From Desulfomonilia bacterium (lineage in GTDB: Bacteria > Desulfobacterota > Desulfomonilia > UBA1062), in contig JBEKDT010000012.1 of NCBI GenBank assembly GCA_050014195.1, positions 1 through 64,000 of the forward strand: DNA of 64,000 nucleotides, given 5' to 3'. Position 1 is the first letter of the stretch; every line of letters starts with the position of its first letter. The notes under the pieces were generated by a model, which saw only the letters and a program-made list of their open reading frames with translations, did no database searches and was not told where the DNA came from. Below are positions 49,987-59,796 of this stretch, piece by piece. Position numbers and translations under genes: made by a program.

Positions 49987-51156
49987 TCATTTCCCCATGC
50001 TCTCGATGAAGGCCTGGACCCGGGTCCGCAGCTGGCCTTCCGAGCCCATACGGTACTCCCGCTCCAGCTTCAGCACGGGTATCCCCTCTTTTCGCAAGGC
50101 GCTGACCAGCGGCATCGAATCAATGCCCCAGAGGTCGCAGAACTTGATGATCTCGATGACAACGCCGTCCACGTTGTATTCCTTTGCGGTCTCGATGATG
50201 GTCGTAAGCCTCCGATCGAAATCCTCCATCATCCGCGGGCACAGTGTCTTTTTGAAGGAGTGTTCGGCCAGGGTCCTGATGGGGTCGCCACTCATCTCTA
50301 TGGGCTTGAGTCCGGGAATGAAACCGGTGCAGAGACGGTCTGCCACCACAAGCCCGCCCTGCGACTCGATGACATGGATGAATTCAGGATCATGAAGGTG
50401 GCCGCCCACCATCAGTAACCGGGCCCGGTAATTTTTAATGCCATCGCGCTTTTCGATCTCTGTGCGGAAATCGAGGATTGTGGGGAGGATGAGGTCCTTG
50501 GGTGACGCCAGGGAGGTCATGAGCAGGGCGTGGAATTCGGTGCCGGTGATGGGCGGGTCCGGTCTTTTTCTCAGATCACCGATGGATTGAATGACATCAG
50601 CAAAACTGTTCCACTCGGAAATGGCCTTCATGAGGGAGCCATCGCTCATGTCAACGCCGAAGTGCGAGGAGAGCCTGTCTGCGAGCATCCTGAGCTCCTC
50701 GGCCAGCCAGACCGTAGTGACCTCGTTCACCTTGCGGGGCACATCGAGGATATGTGAGAATGCCGGTTTTTTGAGGTACTCGAGGTTGTCATAGAGCCGC
50801 TGCATGTGCGCGCACGAGGGGACGAATACCCACCCCTGTATCAGGTCGAAACGGTCGTCCATGGCGAATTCGAGGAGGCTGCGTGCATAGGAGCAGATGA
50901 AGTTGGAAAGATAGTTGTCCGCAATTTCAGTGCCTGCAATCCCCGGGGCACGCAGGCGCACCGGGAAAAGCCTGTCCGCCATGAGAAGGGCCTCGGGAAC
51001 GAACGAGCAGGAATACCCGATGGGTATGCGGCCGTCAGCCGAGGCCTGCTCCACCAGGCTGTTCAGCGGGCTTTCAAGAAGCCCTTCGAATACGCGCATC
51101 GTCTTGCTCTTTGTCGTCATGACACTCCGCCCGGCACCATGGAGTTTCTCAGGCAT
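49987..51156 (-). CDS. 2-hydroxyacyl-CoA dehydratase/aryl-CoA reductase beta-type subunit
   Basis: GYSCSFVPE, ICSY, DRLCTG, CPRM, FCD, QLRTRVQAFIE. Confidence 0.88.
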   Translation of the reverse strand: MPEKLHGAGRSVMTTKSKTMRVFEGLLESPLNSLVEQASADGRIPIGYSCSFVPEALLMADRLFPVRLRAPGIAGTEIADNYLSNFICSYARSLLEFAMDDRFDLIQGWVFVPSCAHMQRLYDNLEYLKKPAFSHILDVPRKVNEVTTVWLAEELRMLADRLSSHFGVDMSDGSLMKAISEWNSFADVIQSIGDLRKRPDPPITGTEFHALLMTSLASPKDLILPTILDFRTEIEKRDGIKNYRARLLMVGGHLHDPEFIHVIESQGGLVVADRLCTGFIPGLKPIEMSGDPIRTLAEHSFKKTLCPRMMEDFDRRLTTIIETAKEYNVDGVVIEIIKFCDLWGIDSMPLVSALRKEGIPVLKLEREYRMGSEGQLRTRVQAFIESMGK

Positions 51157-51221
51157 TCACCTACCAGTCTCTTCACTGTCATTTCCCCCATGGACACGCT
51201 CCATTGCCGGGTGTACCTGTA

Positions 51222-51992
51222 TCACGGCAGCACCTCCATTTTTGTGAGGACATGTGCAATCACTGCCAGGGCCGGTGAGGTGTCGGGGATCCCGGTCAAG
51301 GACATTCCCTTGAAATCGAAATCCCTGATGCTTTCGTCTTCTGCGATCCACCCATAGATATCAAGGTCTGTCCTGCCCCTGATGTCATCCACCTCGGCTT
51401 GGCACCTCACCCTGTTGAGAACGAGCCCCATGCTATAGAAGTCAACCGCCTTCTTCTCGTTCGCAACAAGGGCTATGGTGCCGGCCACACAGACGCCTTT
51501 TGCCGAGGTGTCCGAGACCAGGACCAGGTGGTCCACTTTCTTCATGACCCGCCTGTTGATCTGCTCGATGCCGGCCTCGCCGTCGATGAGCACGATGTCG
51601 AACTTCCCTGCCAGATCGCCGATGATGTCCCTGAGGAGGTTGTTCACCTTGCAGAAGCACCCCTCGTCCTCAGGCCTGCCGATAGCCAGCAGGGCATATC
51701 CGTCACGCTCCTCAATGGCATCGAACACCTCATAGTCCAGGAGTTTCAGTGTCTCCTTATTTCCCAGGGATTCACCCTTTTGAATTCTTGTAATCAGTCC
51801 TTTCCTGATGTCATCCACGGTCTTCTTCACCGTTATACCCAGGGCTGTTGCCAGGCCCACAGCCGGGTCGGCGTCTATGGCCAGGATCTTCCGGTCATTC
51901 CTTTGTGAGAGCAGCTTCACCATAAGGGCGGAGACGGAGGTCTTGCCCACACCGCCCTTGCCGCACATTGCCAAGATTTTCGTGTCAGCCAT
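51222..51992 (-). CDS. cooC: CooC/AcsF-type nickel-insertion ATPase
   Basis: GKGGVGKT, IDADP, GRPEDEGCFC, DGEAGIEQ. Confidence 0.88.
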   Translation of the reverse strand: MADTKILAMCGKGGVGKTSVSALMVKLLSQRNDRKILAIDADPAVGLATALGITVKKTVDDIRKGLITRIQKGESLGNKETLKLLDYEVFDAIEERDGYALLAIGRPEDEGCFCKVNNLLRDIIGDLAGKFDIVLIDGEAGIEQINRRVMKKVDHLVLVSDTSAKGVCVAGTIALVANEKKAVDFYSMGLVLNRVRCQAEVDDIRGRTDLDIYGWIAEDESIRDFDFKGMSLTGIPDTSPALAVIAHVLTKMEVLP

Positions 51993-52722
51993 GCAGTGCC
52001 CTTTTTGTTTTCTCCATGAGCCTATCCCTCATGCCCTTAAGCCCGTCGGCCTCGTCACAGACATCTTGATAAGCACAGCTCCGGCATTCGAAATCCATCT
52101 CCGAGGCCATCTTGTTCATGGCAGCGATGATCTTCTCTGCAGGGGCTGTGATCTCCTTGATCCTGCTCACATCATGGGTACTGGAAGTGAAGAAGATCAC
52201 CTCGACGGCTTTCACATAGGGCAAACCTTTGAACAGGCACATGAGGGCCGAGCCTAGGACCTGTGCGGAAAATCCCTGCAGGAGAACATCGCGGCCGATC
52301 CTGCACCACTCCCTCATGTACTGGGACACAGCCCTCATCATGAACCCCTTGAGGTCAAGGTCGTATCTCAGGAAATCCATTTCCTTATGCCTGTCATAGG
52401 CATTGTCTTCACTAAAGCCTCCCACCCCGGCCAGGACTACTTTGCCGAAGGGGAGGCTGTCGCCCATACTCTCCGGGAAATCAGGGCCCACCAGGGTTAT
52501 CCTGCCATCTGCAATGCTTGAGAGGTTCTCTGTCCACAGCAGGCAGGACACGGACTCCCTTTCCGGGCTGCCCAGCTCGAGCCCCATGTGCTCTTTCAGG
52601 ACGATGTTCATGCCGTGGCCGCCCGGCCATGGTTTTTTATCATCAGCAGGCCAGGACCTTTTGTGAGGCTGCTCATCGAGAAATGAATGCAGTGTGGTTA
52701 TTATTTTTTCAAAGAGTTCCAT
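51985..52722 (-). CDS. Acetyl-CoA synthase (CdhC/AcsB) partial-domain homologue with C-terminal CxxC-x5-C
   Basis: LELG, DGRITLVGPD, LPFG, EWCRI...GFS resemble a CdhC domain; only 245 aa. Confidence 0.6.
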   Translation of the reverse strand: MELFEKIITTLHSFLDEQPHKRSWPADDKKPWPGGHGMNIVLKEHMGLELGSPERESVSCLLWTENLSSIADGRITLVGPDFPESMGDSLPFGKVVLAGVGGFSEDNAYDRHKEMDFLRYDLDLKGFMMRAVSQYMREWCRIGRDVLLQGFSAQVLGSALMCLFKGLPYVKAVEVIFFTSSTHDVSRIKEITAPAEKIIAAMNKMASEMDFECRSCAYQDVCDEADGLKGMRDRLMEKTKRALHG

Positions 52723-52725
52723 ATC

Positions 52726-53526
52726 TCATGCCGTCCGTATCTTACCGTTACCGTCTGCAGCCTGGCGGGCGATGAGTGCCGCGCCCAGGGCGCCGATGAT
52801 CTGCGGGTCGGTTGTCATCTTCCTGAGCTTCACGCCGAGGGCCTCCTCAAGGGCCGCGAACATGCCGGAGTTTTTCGCCACCCCTCCGGTCATGGTGATC
52901 TCGCTGTCCAACTCTATGCCCCTGGCCAGCGCCGCCACCCGGTGGGCTAGAGACTTGTGCAGACCGCTGACGATCTCCGGCAGTTCCTTGCCCGCATTGA
53001 TCAGTGAGATGATCTCGGTTTCTGCAAAGACCACGCACTGGTTTGATATGGACAACGGGGCTTTCGCCCGGGAGGAGATCTGCCCCATGTCTTCGAGGGC
53101 AATGCCCATGGCCCCGGCCATGACCTCCAGGAACCTGCCGGTGCCGGACGCGCACCGGTCGTTGTAGGCGAAGCGGATGATATTGCCTGCATCGTCCAGC
53201 CTGATGGCCTTGGCATCCTGGCCGCCGATGTCGATCACCATGTGCACCTCAGGCATGAGCCACTGGGCGCCTTTACCATGGCATATGATCTCGGATTCCA
53301 CAGAATCGGCAAATGGAACGGAGTTCCTGCCGTAGCCCGTGCCCACGCAGTATGCGATGTCTTTCATTGAAAGCCCTGCCTTCTCGAGGGCCTTATCCAT
53401 CACCTCCCGGGCCGACTCCTCGGGCTCGGGTTTTGCGAATATTACATGCGAGGCAAGCACATCGCCTTTCTTCATGATGAGGGCCTTGGCACTCAATGAC
53501 CCGACATCGCATCCCGCAATAAACAT
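52726..53526 (-). CDS. Dehydratase/reductase activase (HgdC/BzdQ family)
   Basis: DVGSLSAK, TGYGR, DIGGQD, NDRCASGTG. Confidence 0.92.
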   Translation of the reverse strand: MFIAGCDVGSLSAKALIMKKGDVLASHVIFAKPEPEESAREVMDKALEKAGLSMKDIAYCVGTGYGRNSVPFADSVESEIICHGKGAQWLMPEVHMVIDIGGQDAKAIRLDDAGNIIRFAYNDRCASGTGRFLEVMAGAMGIALEDMGQISSRAKAPLSISNQCVVFAETEIISLINAGKELPEIVSGLHKSLAHRVAALARGIELDSEITMTGGVAKNSGMFAALEEALGVKLRKMTTDPQIIGALGAALIARQAADGNGKIRTA

Positions 53527-54308
53527 CACTTCCCCCCCATCTTCTCTTTGGCGAACACCGCAGCCCCAAGTGCACCCATGACCTGAGGGTCCAGCTTAAG
53601 CCTGCGCATGGGCACACCCAGCTGTTTTTCCATGGCCCCCACAACGCCGGCGTTTTTTGCAACACCGCCTGTCATGCACACATCCTTCTCAACACCCACA
53701 GACTTGGCCAGGATCGCGACCCTGGCAGCCATGGCCTGATTGATGCCGGAAGCAAGGTCCGCCTTTGATGTATTCGTGTTCAAATGCATGATAACCTCGG
53801 CCTGGGCCCAGGCCGTGCAAGTGGCGGCTAAGGTGATGGGGTTTCTGGCCTGTTCGGATAGCTTGCCCAGATCCTCCAGCTCAAGACCGAGGAGCTTTGC
53901 CATGACCTCCAGGAATCTTCCCGTGCCAGAGGCGCACTTGTCATTGGTGACGAACCTGACGATGTTCCCTGTCTCGTCGATACGGATGGCCTTGCAGTCC
54001 TGCCCGCCGATATCGATGATGGTCCTCACCGACGGCAGCAGCCAGTGTGCGCCCTTGGCATGGCAGGCAATCTCGGAGACGGCCTTGCCCACAAAGGGTA
54101 TCCGCTCCCTGCCGTAGCCGGTTCCCACGCAGAACCCGATATCATCCATGGTGAGCCCTGCGGTGTTCATCGCCATATCCATAACTTCAGAAGCGGATTT
54201 TTCAGGATTGAAGGATGAACGGATCAGCGCATGGCTGATGACCCTGGTGTTGTTGAGGATGACTGCCTTGGTGGTCAGTGATCCGACGTCACAGCCTGCC
54301 ACGATCAT
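53526..54308 (-). CDS. Dehydratase/reductase activase (HgdC/BzdQ family)
   Basis: DVGSLTTK, TGYGR, NDKCASGTG; ATGA overlap with upstream gene. Confidence 0.92.
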   Translation of the reverse strand: MIVAGCDVGSLTTKAVILNNTRVISHALIRSSFNPEKSASEVMDMAMNTAGLTMDDIGFCVGTGYGRERIPFVGKAVSEIACHAKGAHWLLPSVRTIIDIGGQDCKAIRIDETGNIVRFVTNDKCASGTGRFLEVMAKLLGLELEDLGKLSEQARNPITLAATCTAWAQAEVIMHLNTNTSKADLASGINQAMAARVAILAKSVGVEKDVCMTGGVAKNAGVVGAMEKQLGVPMRRLKLDPQVMGALGAAVFAKEKMGGK

Positions 54309-55711
54309 GACATAATCCCCCTTACGTGCATGAACTCGCTGATCTTGTCCACACAGTGCTCCCATGAGGCGACCCTATCGTCGAAGGCATCGGCAAAGAG
54401 CAGCATGGTGGGCAGGCCTTCACGCTCGCAATCGCGCTGGATCAGCTTGTTGGCACCCCAGCTGTTGCGGCACCCCATGCTCCCCACATAGACCAGGAAA
54501 TCGGGCTTCATGATCTTTGACATGAAGAGGAGATCATCCCGCCACATGCCTTTCGCGTCATACGGCCCCCTGAGCTGCTTGACCATGGGCATGCGCGAGT
54601 TGATATCCACAAGCGAGTCGATCATGGTGTCCAGGTTCGTGGTGTCTATGTGGTAGGTCTCGTCTTCGCGGCCCTTTGCATACTCGTGGCCTTCATTCCA
54701 GAAGTTGAATATGAGCGTGGGCAGGAGGCTGATATCCTGGGAGTCAATCCATTCCCAGAACCTGGCATCCGTGGTGTAGTGGTCGATGTAGCACATCAGG
54801 AGCCGTGCCCGTTCCTTTTTCGAGCTCGTGCCTGCATACCCTTGTGCTGCATTTTCACGAACAACCTTGAGCATGGATTCCAGCACTGCGGTGTACGATT
54901 TCCTGCCCGGCATGCTAAGCCTTCCGGCGTAGATGAACAGGGTGAAGATGGGCGGGACAGGGCATGGCTTGAGTCTCATGAGGTCATAGAGTTCGATTGC
55001 GAGCTCGTCCTGGCGCTTCTGCTCTACAAGGAGATCCCGGAGTTTGTCCTCGTTCAGGCGTGAGCCTGACTGCTCCTCGATAAAGGAGATCAGGGCCTTG
55101 TAGTCCTTCCGGTGATACTCGTCGATCCTCTTACCCGTGAGCTTTGCAGGGAAGTTGAGCTGGAACATGGGGAGGTCAAGATATGATGAGAGAAACTGGA
55201 CCGCATTGGCATTCGTGTCGCAGATGCCGGGCGATCCGCAGATGAGAAAATCGGGCTTCTCGGCAAGGCCTGCCAGGTATGCCCCGAACGACCCGCGCTG
55301 GGCCGAGCAGGAGGTCTCGGTAAACCCCACCTCGCAGCAGTAGTCCATGTACTCTGCCGTACCTTTCCTCAGGACAAGGGTCCCGAATACGGTCATGATC
55401 TCGGCCCAGGCAGGCACCACGTTGTCAAAGGCGAAGAACAGGTGTTTCGCCGAGACAAAGGTGCCGAGACACAGCTTCTTCCCCTGAGCATGCGCCGTCA
55501 TGACGTCGGTGAGGTATTCTGCTGCCATCTTCATGAAAAGCACGCCAGGCTCTCCATGCCGTAACATCGCACCCATGACGTTCTTGAAGTTCGGTATGAC
55601 CCCTTTCAGGCTTTCATACTCCTTCTGGGTCCCATCAAGTGCAGTTGCAGCGGCACTGATTGTAGTCCAGAGCATCCAGTCATAATTATACTCGCGCGTT
55701 TCCTTCTTCAT
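54305..55711 (-). CDS. 2-hydroxyacyl-CoA dehydratase/aryl-CoA reductase alpha-type subunit
   Basis: TSCSAQRG, GICD, MGCR, DAFDDR. Confidence 0.82.
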   Translation of the reverse strand: MKKETREYNYDWMLWTTISAAATALDGTQKEYESLKGVIPNFKNVMGAMLRHGEPGVLFMKMAAEYLTDVMTAHAQGKKLCLGTFVSAKHLFFAFDNVVPAWAEIMTVFGTLVLRKGTAEYMDYCCEVGFTETSCSAQRGSFGAYLAGLAEKPDFLICGSPGICDTNANAVQFLSSYLDLPMFQLNFPAKLTGKRIDEYHRKDYKALISFIEEQSGSRLNEDKLRDLLVEQKRQDELAIELYDLMRLKPCPVPPIFTLFIYAGRLSMPGRKSYTAVLESMLKVVRENAAQGYAGTSSKKERARLLMCYIDHYTTDARFWEWIDSQDISLLPTLIFNFWNEGHEYAKGREDETYHIDTTNLDTMIDSLVDINSRMPMVKQLRGPYDAKGMWRDDLLFMSKIMKPDFLVYVGSMGCRNSWGANKLIQRDCEREGLPTMLLFADAFDDRVASWEHCVDKISEFMHVRGIMS

Positions 55712-55725
55712 AAACTTTTCCCTCC

Positions 55726-55968
55726 TCAGACCCCCGACATACTTAAGTGTGCCCCGGACTTTATCCGCTGTATGTAGAGCTTGGAACGGTCCTTTAAGAC
55801 CGTGAGGTCAGTCTTGCGCACGATGTATTCCAGAGTCATAACCGCTGATGCAGGAAAGAGGGTGAGCGCATCGATGGCCCGCTGCCTCTCGGCAAGCATC
55901 CTTGAGTCATCCAGGGCGATGTCGCGTAACACCTCTATGGCTATTGTTTCTCTATCTATCTGGCACAT
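55726..55968 (-). CDS. Small hypothetical protein (80 aa, HEAT-like helices)
   Basis: AAGGAGG RBS; fills the gap between beta and alpha genes; ERQRAIDAL. Confidence 0.7.
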   Translation of the reverse strand: MCQIDRETIAIEVLRDIALDDSRMLAERQRAIDALTLFPASAVMTLEYIVRKTDLTVLKDRSKLYIQRIKSGAHLSMSGV

Positions 55969-55978
55969 TGAAACCTCC

Positions 55979-57112
55979 TTATGAAATTCTCTCCATGAAG
56001 GCATCGAGGCGCATCCTGATCCTGCCTGTCTCCACCAGGGGACCATACTCCCTTTCGATGCGTAAGCATGGGATCCCTGCCGCCTCGAGGTCCCGCTCAA
56101 GCACCCCGTTCTCCGAGCCATGGAGGTCGCAGAAACGCACGTTCTGGAGGATCACGCCGTCCACTGAGGCCTTCTTCACGAGGTCCATGATGTAGGAGCG
56201 CCGGTCCTTGTAGTAGCCGAGCATGCGGGGGCAGACGCTGTTGCTCAGGTAGTGCGATGCAAGGGTATGGATCGGGTCTGCCTTCTCGTCCACCAGGTTT
56301 GCATAGGTGCGCGACCCGAAGCATACGGTGTCTGCCACGACAATGGCTCCGCCATCCTCGATCAGCCTGATGAAATCCACGTCGTCGTTTGCACTCCCGA
56401 TGAGCATGAGACGCTTCTTACGGTCTGATACGGATGGCGACCTCTCCAGGCCTGCAATGATATCTGTGAGCATGGTGCCCCACTCTTCACGCGGTATGGC
56501 ATGGCCGGCAATAAGGATGGCCATGGCATCCGAACCCGTGATGGGCACGTCGTTACGGTATCTGAGCTCGTCGAGTTTCTTCAGGAGCATTCTCCCCTGG
56601 TTGTAGACCTTGATGGATTTCTTCAGGGCCTTGTCCGTAATATCAACCTTGAAATGCCTTTCAAGGGTAGCGATCATGCCCTTGAGCTCTTGGGCGTAAA
56701 ATTCAATACTGTAGTCCACCGACTTGTGGGGCACGGAGAAGAATTCATAGTAACCCGGCAGGGTGCCGGGGTAGTCTTCGCTCGCCTTTCTCCAGCACTC
56801 CTCGAGCCTGCGCATGGAGTCGCAGCCGTTACTGATGATGGCGCCGTCTAAAAACCTGTACGACCCCTGTCCTGCGAGCTGCAGCATGCACTTGGGCAGG
56901 CTGCAGTTCACCGGACCGAAGTATGAGTCGCCGATGGAGACAGACGTGGTTCCTACACCCCGTAATCTGAACGGCAGCAGCCCTGCGGCATGGAGTATCT
57001 CTTCGGGTATGAAGGTGCACGAGTAGCCCACGACCTTGCCCTTGCCCTTCTTCCACTTCTCCACAAATTCGTTGTCCAGGGTGGTTGCAATTTTTTTGAG
57101 TTTTTCTATCAT
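55979..57112 (-). CDS. 2-hydroxyacyl-CoA dehydratase/aryl-CoA reductase beta-type subunit
   Basis: GYSCTFIPEE, NCS, GCD, CPRM, FCDLH, RLDAFME. Confidence 0.88.
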   Translation of the reverse strand: MIEKLKKIATTLDNEFVEKWKKGKGKVVGYSCTFIPEEILHAAGLLPFRLRGVGTTSVSIGDSYFGPVNCSLPKCMLQLAGQGSYRFLDGAIISNGCDSMRRLEECWRKASEDYPGTLPGYYEFFSVPHKSVDYSIEFYAQELKGMIATLERHFKVDITDKALKKSIKVYNQGRMLLKKLDELRYRNDVPITGSDAMAILIAGHAIPREEWGTMLTDIIAGLERSPSVSDRKKRLMLIGSANDDVDFIRLIEDGGAIVVADTVCFGSRTYANLVDEKADPIHTLASHYLSNSVCPRMLGYYKDRRSYIMDLVKKASVDGVILQNVRFCDLHGSENGVLERDLEAAGIPCLRIEREYGPLVETGRIRMRLDAFMERIS

Positions 57113-57115
57113 TTC

Positions 57116-58399
57116 CTACCCCCTGCTGCCTGCGGCCAGGGCTGTTTTTAAGGAATCCATGGCCTCCTTGTGTTCCGGACTCGTGTAGCCGTCATCAGGG
57201 CTTATGAGCTCGCTGAAGCCTTTGATGATGAAAGGCATCATTTCAACAGCCAGCGGCTTGATGGCTTCCACAATATCCGGAATCAGCCACCGGGCCGTTT
57301 TCTTGACCTCTTCAGGGCTCACGGAATCCACAACTCCGCTCAAGGCGTTGCTTAGAATGTCCGGTTTGACTTCATGGATCCGGTTGGCGACCCTGCATGC
57401 GGTGTTCACGAGCCCGGCGATCTCGTAGGTGTCAAGGTCCGACATGCCCTCGGATACGGCGGACTTCAGACCGACGGGATCGATCTGTTCTATGACGCCC
57501 AGTCTACGGGTTCTTGCCTTGATGTCCGAGGTCTTCACCAGCCCCATTGATGCCAGGTAGGATAAGGTGATATCTGGGTTGTCGGAGAGCGCATCCGCCA
57601 TAGCATTTGCCATGGCCTCCCTGTCTTCGGCGAATATGATGCGGATCTTTTTTACCAGCTCCGGGTCCATCTCGGGCAAGCAGTCATGGAGCAGGTCCGT
57701 AAGGTAGATCTGGAATAGCGGCTTGCCGCCCTTTCCGAGCAGGAGACTCCCGGTGTGGACCCTCCGGATGACCTCGCGGACGGCATTGATGAGCTTCGCA
57801 GTATCCGTACCGTTGATGCCCTTTACCATAGAGAGCATGATGTCTGCGAGCAGGTCGGGACCTATTTTCTCCTCAATGGGGATCAGGATCTCACGCGAGG
57901 CCTTTATGAAGGTGTTCATGAGCGGGATGATGGTTGCCACCAGGGTCCCGACCTTTGCCGGGTATTTCCAGAGCTGCTCGTTGAAGGCCTCAATAGTCTT
58001 GATGACACATGGCCCTGAACCCTCGACCATCTCCCTGATCTCGCCGAAGTCGGTATATTTAAGGAAGTTATGTATGGTATCCCCTCGCGCCCCGGCATGG
58101 CAAAGCGGGTCATCCGCATGATCGGTATTGATCTTTTTCGCCCATGTGGTCAGGAACCTTCCGACATCAGCCGATATGGCCTTGCCGTTCCAATCCTTAC
58201 CGGGCTGTAACACCTTTGATACTATCCAATTGACAGGGGAGGCGATCTTGCCCCTGAAACGACCTTTTTTTGCCCATTCTTCGATCAATTCCTTGACAAC
58301 CGCAGAGAGAAAGGTCCTCGTGCCGGTTGCCCGGATAGTCTCCGTGATGATCTTTGCCGAGAGCCGGGCAAGTTGGTCTTGATTATCTAAAGTATTCAT
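57116..58399 (-). CDS. Hypothetical all-helical repeat protein (paralogue of 59146 and 59796 ORFs)
   Basis: GGAGG RBS, operon-packed, shared N-x2-(I/V)KA-x2-E motif. Confidence 0.8.
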   Translation of the reverse strand: MNTLDNQDQLARLSAKIITETIRATGTRTFLSAVVKELIEEWAKKGRFRGKIASPVNWIVSKVLQPGKDWNGKAISADVGRFLTTWAKKINTDHADDPLCHAGARGDTIHNFLKYTDFGEIREMVEGSGPCVIKTIEAFNEQLWKYPAKVGTLVATIIPLMNTFIKASREILIPIEEKIGPDLLADIMLSMVKGINGTDTAKLINAVREVIRRVHTGSLLLGKGGKPLFQIYLTDLLHDCLPEMDPELVKKIRIIFAEDREAMANAMADALSDNPDITLSYLASMGLVKTSDIKARTRRLGVIEQIDPVGLKSAVSEGMSDLDTYEIAGLVNTACRVANRIHEVKPDILSNALSGVVDSVSPEEVKKTARWLIPDIVEAIKPLAVEMMPFIIKGFSELISPDDGYTSPEHKEAMDSLKTALAAGSRG

Positions 58400-58419
58400 C
58401 CTTAAAACCTCCGCTTCAT

Positions 58420-59067
58420 CTATTTCAGCCCTACAAGTGCCTTTCTGCCTGCTTCGGTGAGGTATGATTCGAACATCAGGTTGCTCATGGAGGTAAGGGT
58501 TTGGATCGCCTCATCCCGGGTAAACTTCTTTTCCATGAGGTAGCTGTGTCCGAGGTACATGGCCATGCCGACCACGGAATAGGCCAGGGTATGGGGATTC
58601 ACCCCTTCAATGACACCGACATTTAGCCAGCTCTGGATATCCTCGGCCAGGTCCTGGGCGAGATCGCTGTAGTAGCTCCACACATTATCATCGAATTCTT
58701 CATCCACACCGAAGCTTCCCCTGAGCAGGATGAGGAACTGCTGCTGGTGGCTGTCAATGTAATCGAAATAGGCGGAGTAGGTCTCGTTCAGCTTTGAGAG
58801 CCTGTCGGTCTGGTCCCAGATATTCACCGGGTTTCTGACCTCCTTGATCCGGGTCCTGAACGTACTGAAATTATGCCTGGTGAGCTGGGCAAAAAGATCA
58901 CGCTTATCCTTGAAATAATTATAGAACGTGCCGGCGGACATGCCCACCGCCTTCACGATATCCATGATCTGGGTGTTGTGGTAGCCGTACTGGCTGAACA
59001 GCTCCTCAGCAGCCTCGATGATCATCTCTCTCATGTATTGCCGCTTTTTTTCAGCAAGTCTTGGCAT
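58420..59067 (-). CDS. TetR-family regulator (paralogue of 63286 ORF)
   Basis: GYHNTQIMDIVKAVGMSAGTFYNYFKDK. Confidence 0.92.
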   Translation of the reverse strand: MPRLAEKKRQYMREMIIEAAEELFSQYGYHNTQIMDIVKAVGMSAGTFYNYFKDKRDLFAQLTRHNFSTFRTRIKEVRNPVNIWDQTDRLSKLNETYSAYFDYIDSHQQQFLILLRGSFGVDEEFDDNVWSYYSDLAQDLAEDIQSWLNVGVIEGVNPHTLAYSVVGMAMYLGHSYLMEKKFTRDEAIQTLTSMSNLMFESYLTEAGRKALVGLK

Positions 59068-59089
59068 ATGTAGTATGATCCTTTATGAT

Positions 59090-59149
59090 GCAGGAGCGCC
59101 TTCAGGCGCGGCTAACCATTTTCATATCGCGGCTAAAGCCGCTCCTTAC
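59090..59149. repeat. REP doublet (REPIN-like, GTAG family)
   Basis: GCAGGAGCGCCTTCAGGCGCG ... TCGCGGCTAAAGCCGCTCCTTAC inverted pair. Confidence 0.6.
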
Positions 59150-59796
59150 ATTTTTCCAAATCGTTTCTTTATCCTGTTCCGTACGAGGTTCCATGTCCAC
59201 GAGGTGAGGTGCCAGTTCTGGTCAAGGAATGCCCCGGCAAGGGTATGGGTGGCCTTGCCGACCTCCTCGCCATCAATGTTTCTCAGCACCTGAGTAATGA
59301 ATGTGCTGAAGGCCTGCGGATTGTTTTGGGTTATCGCATTTATTAACCTCGCCAGGCCATTGATGGCCCCTGCCTTGATCTTGGGGCCTGAAGAGAGCAG
59401 GAACCCTGTGGCGGCCTGCCTCAGTTCCGGCGAGGCCTTCCACTGGGAAGCGGCCAGCTCCGCCCATGCCTTTCCGCACTGTCTAAGGGCATCCTTGTCG
59501 ATGTCGTCATACAGGCTTGTAAGGAATGCCTTCAGCATCTCAGGGGGATATTTGTCCTTGAGCTGGACGGCAAACTCGGTGGATGCCTTTACGAGGACGT
59601 TTATAAACATCGGCAGCGAGCTGATAAGGCCGAAAAATACCTCGGGGTCTTCACCCATGAGGGTCTTCACGAAAGAGCTGCCGGTGTGCGGGTCGACTTC
59701 ATTGAGGTTTGTACGGAGGATATCCTTGAACAGGGGTGAGCGAATGATCCCTTTTATGATACCGGAACGGTTGTGAGTTAAGGAATCGCTATGCAT
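59146..59796 (-). CDS. Hypothetical helical protein (216 aa)
   Basis: GGAG RBS, TAATG coupling to upstream gene, clear paralogy with it. Confidence 0.8.
   Translation of the reverse strand: MHSDSLTHNRSGIIKGIIRSPLFKDILRTNLNEVDPHTGSSFVKTLMGEDPEVFFGLISSLPMFINVLVKASTEFAVQLKDKYPPEMLKAFLTSLYDDIDKDALRQCGKAWAELAASQWKASPELRQAATGFLLSSGPKIKAGAINGLARLINAITQNNPQAFSTFITQVLRNIDGEEVGKATHTLAGAFLDQNWHLTSWTWNLVRNRIKKRFGKM

Noticed and set aside
51157-51225. 22-codon GTG ORF bridging cooC and the dehydratase beta gene
   Set aside because: It could aid translational coupling, but it is too short to support as a protein.
42729-52722. Wood-Ljungdahl gene cluster (RACo, CooC, CdhC-like)
   Set aside because: No CODH, full ACS, CFeSP or MeTr genes in the window.
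46272-57112. Calling the cluster plasmalogen/ether-lipid synthase (PlsAR/Ger) or benzoyl-CoA reductase
   Set aside because: It lacks the fused PlsA architecture, and family motifs alone cannot separate dehydratase from reductase.
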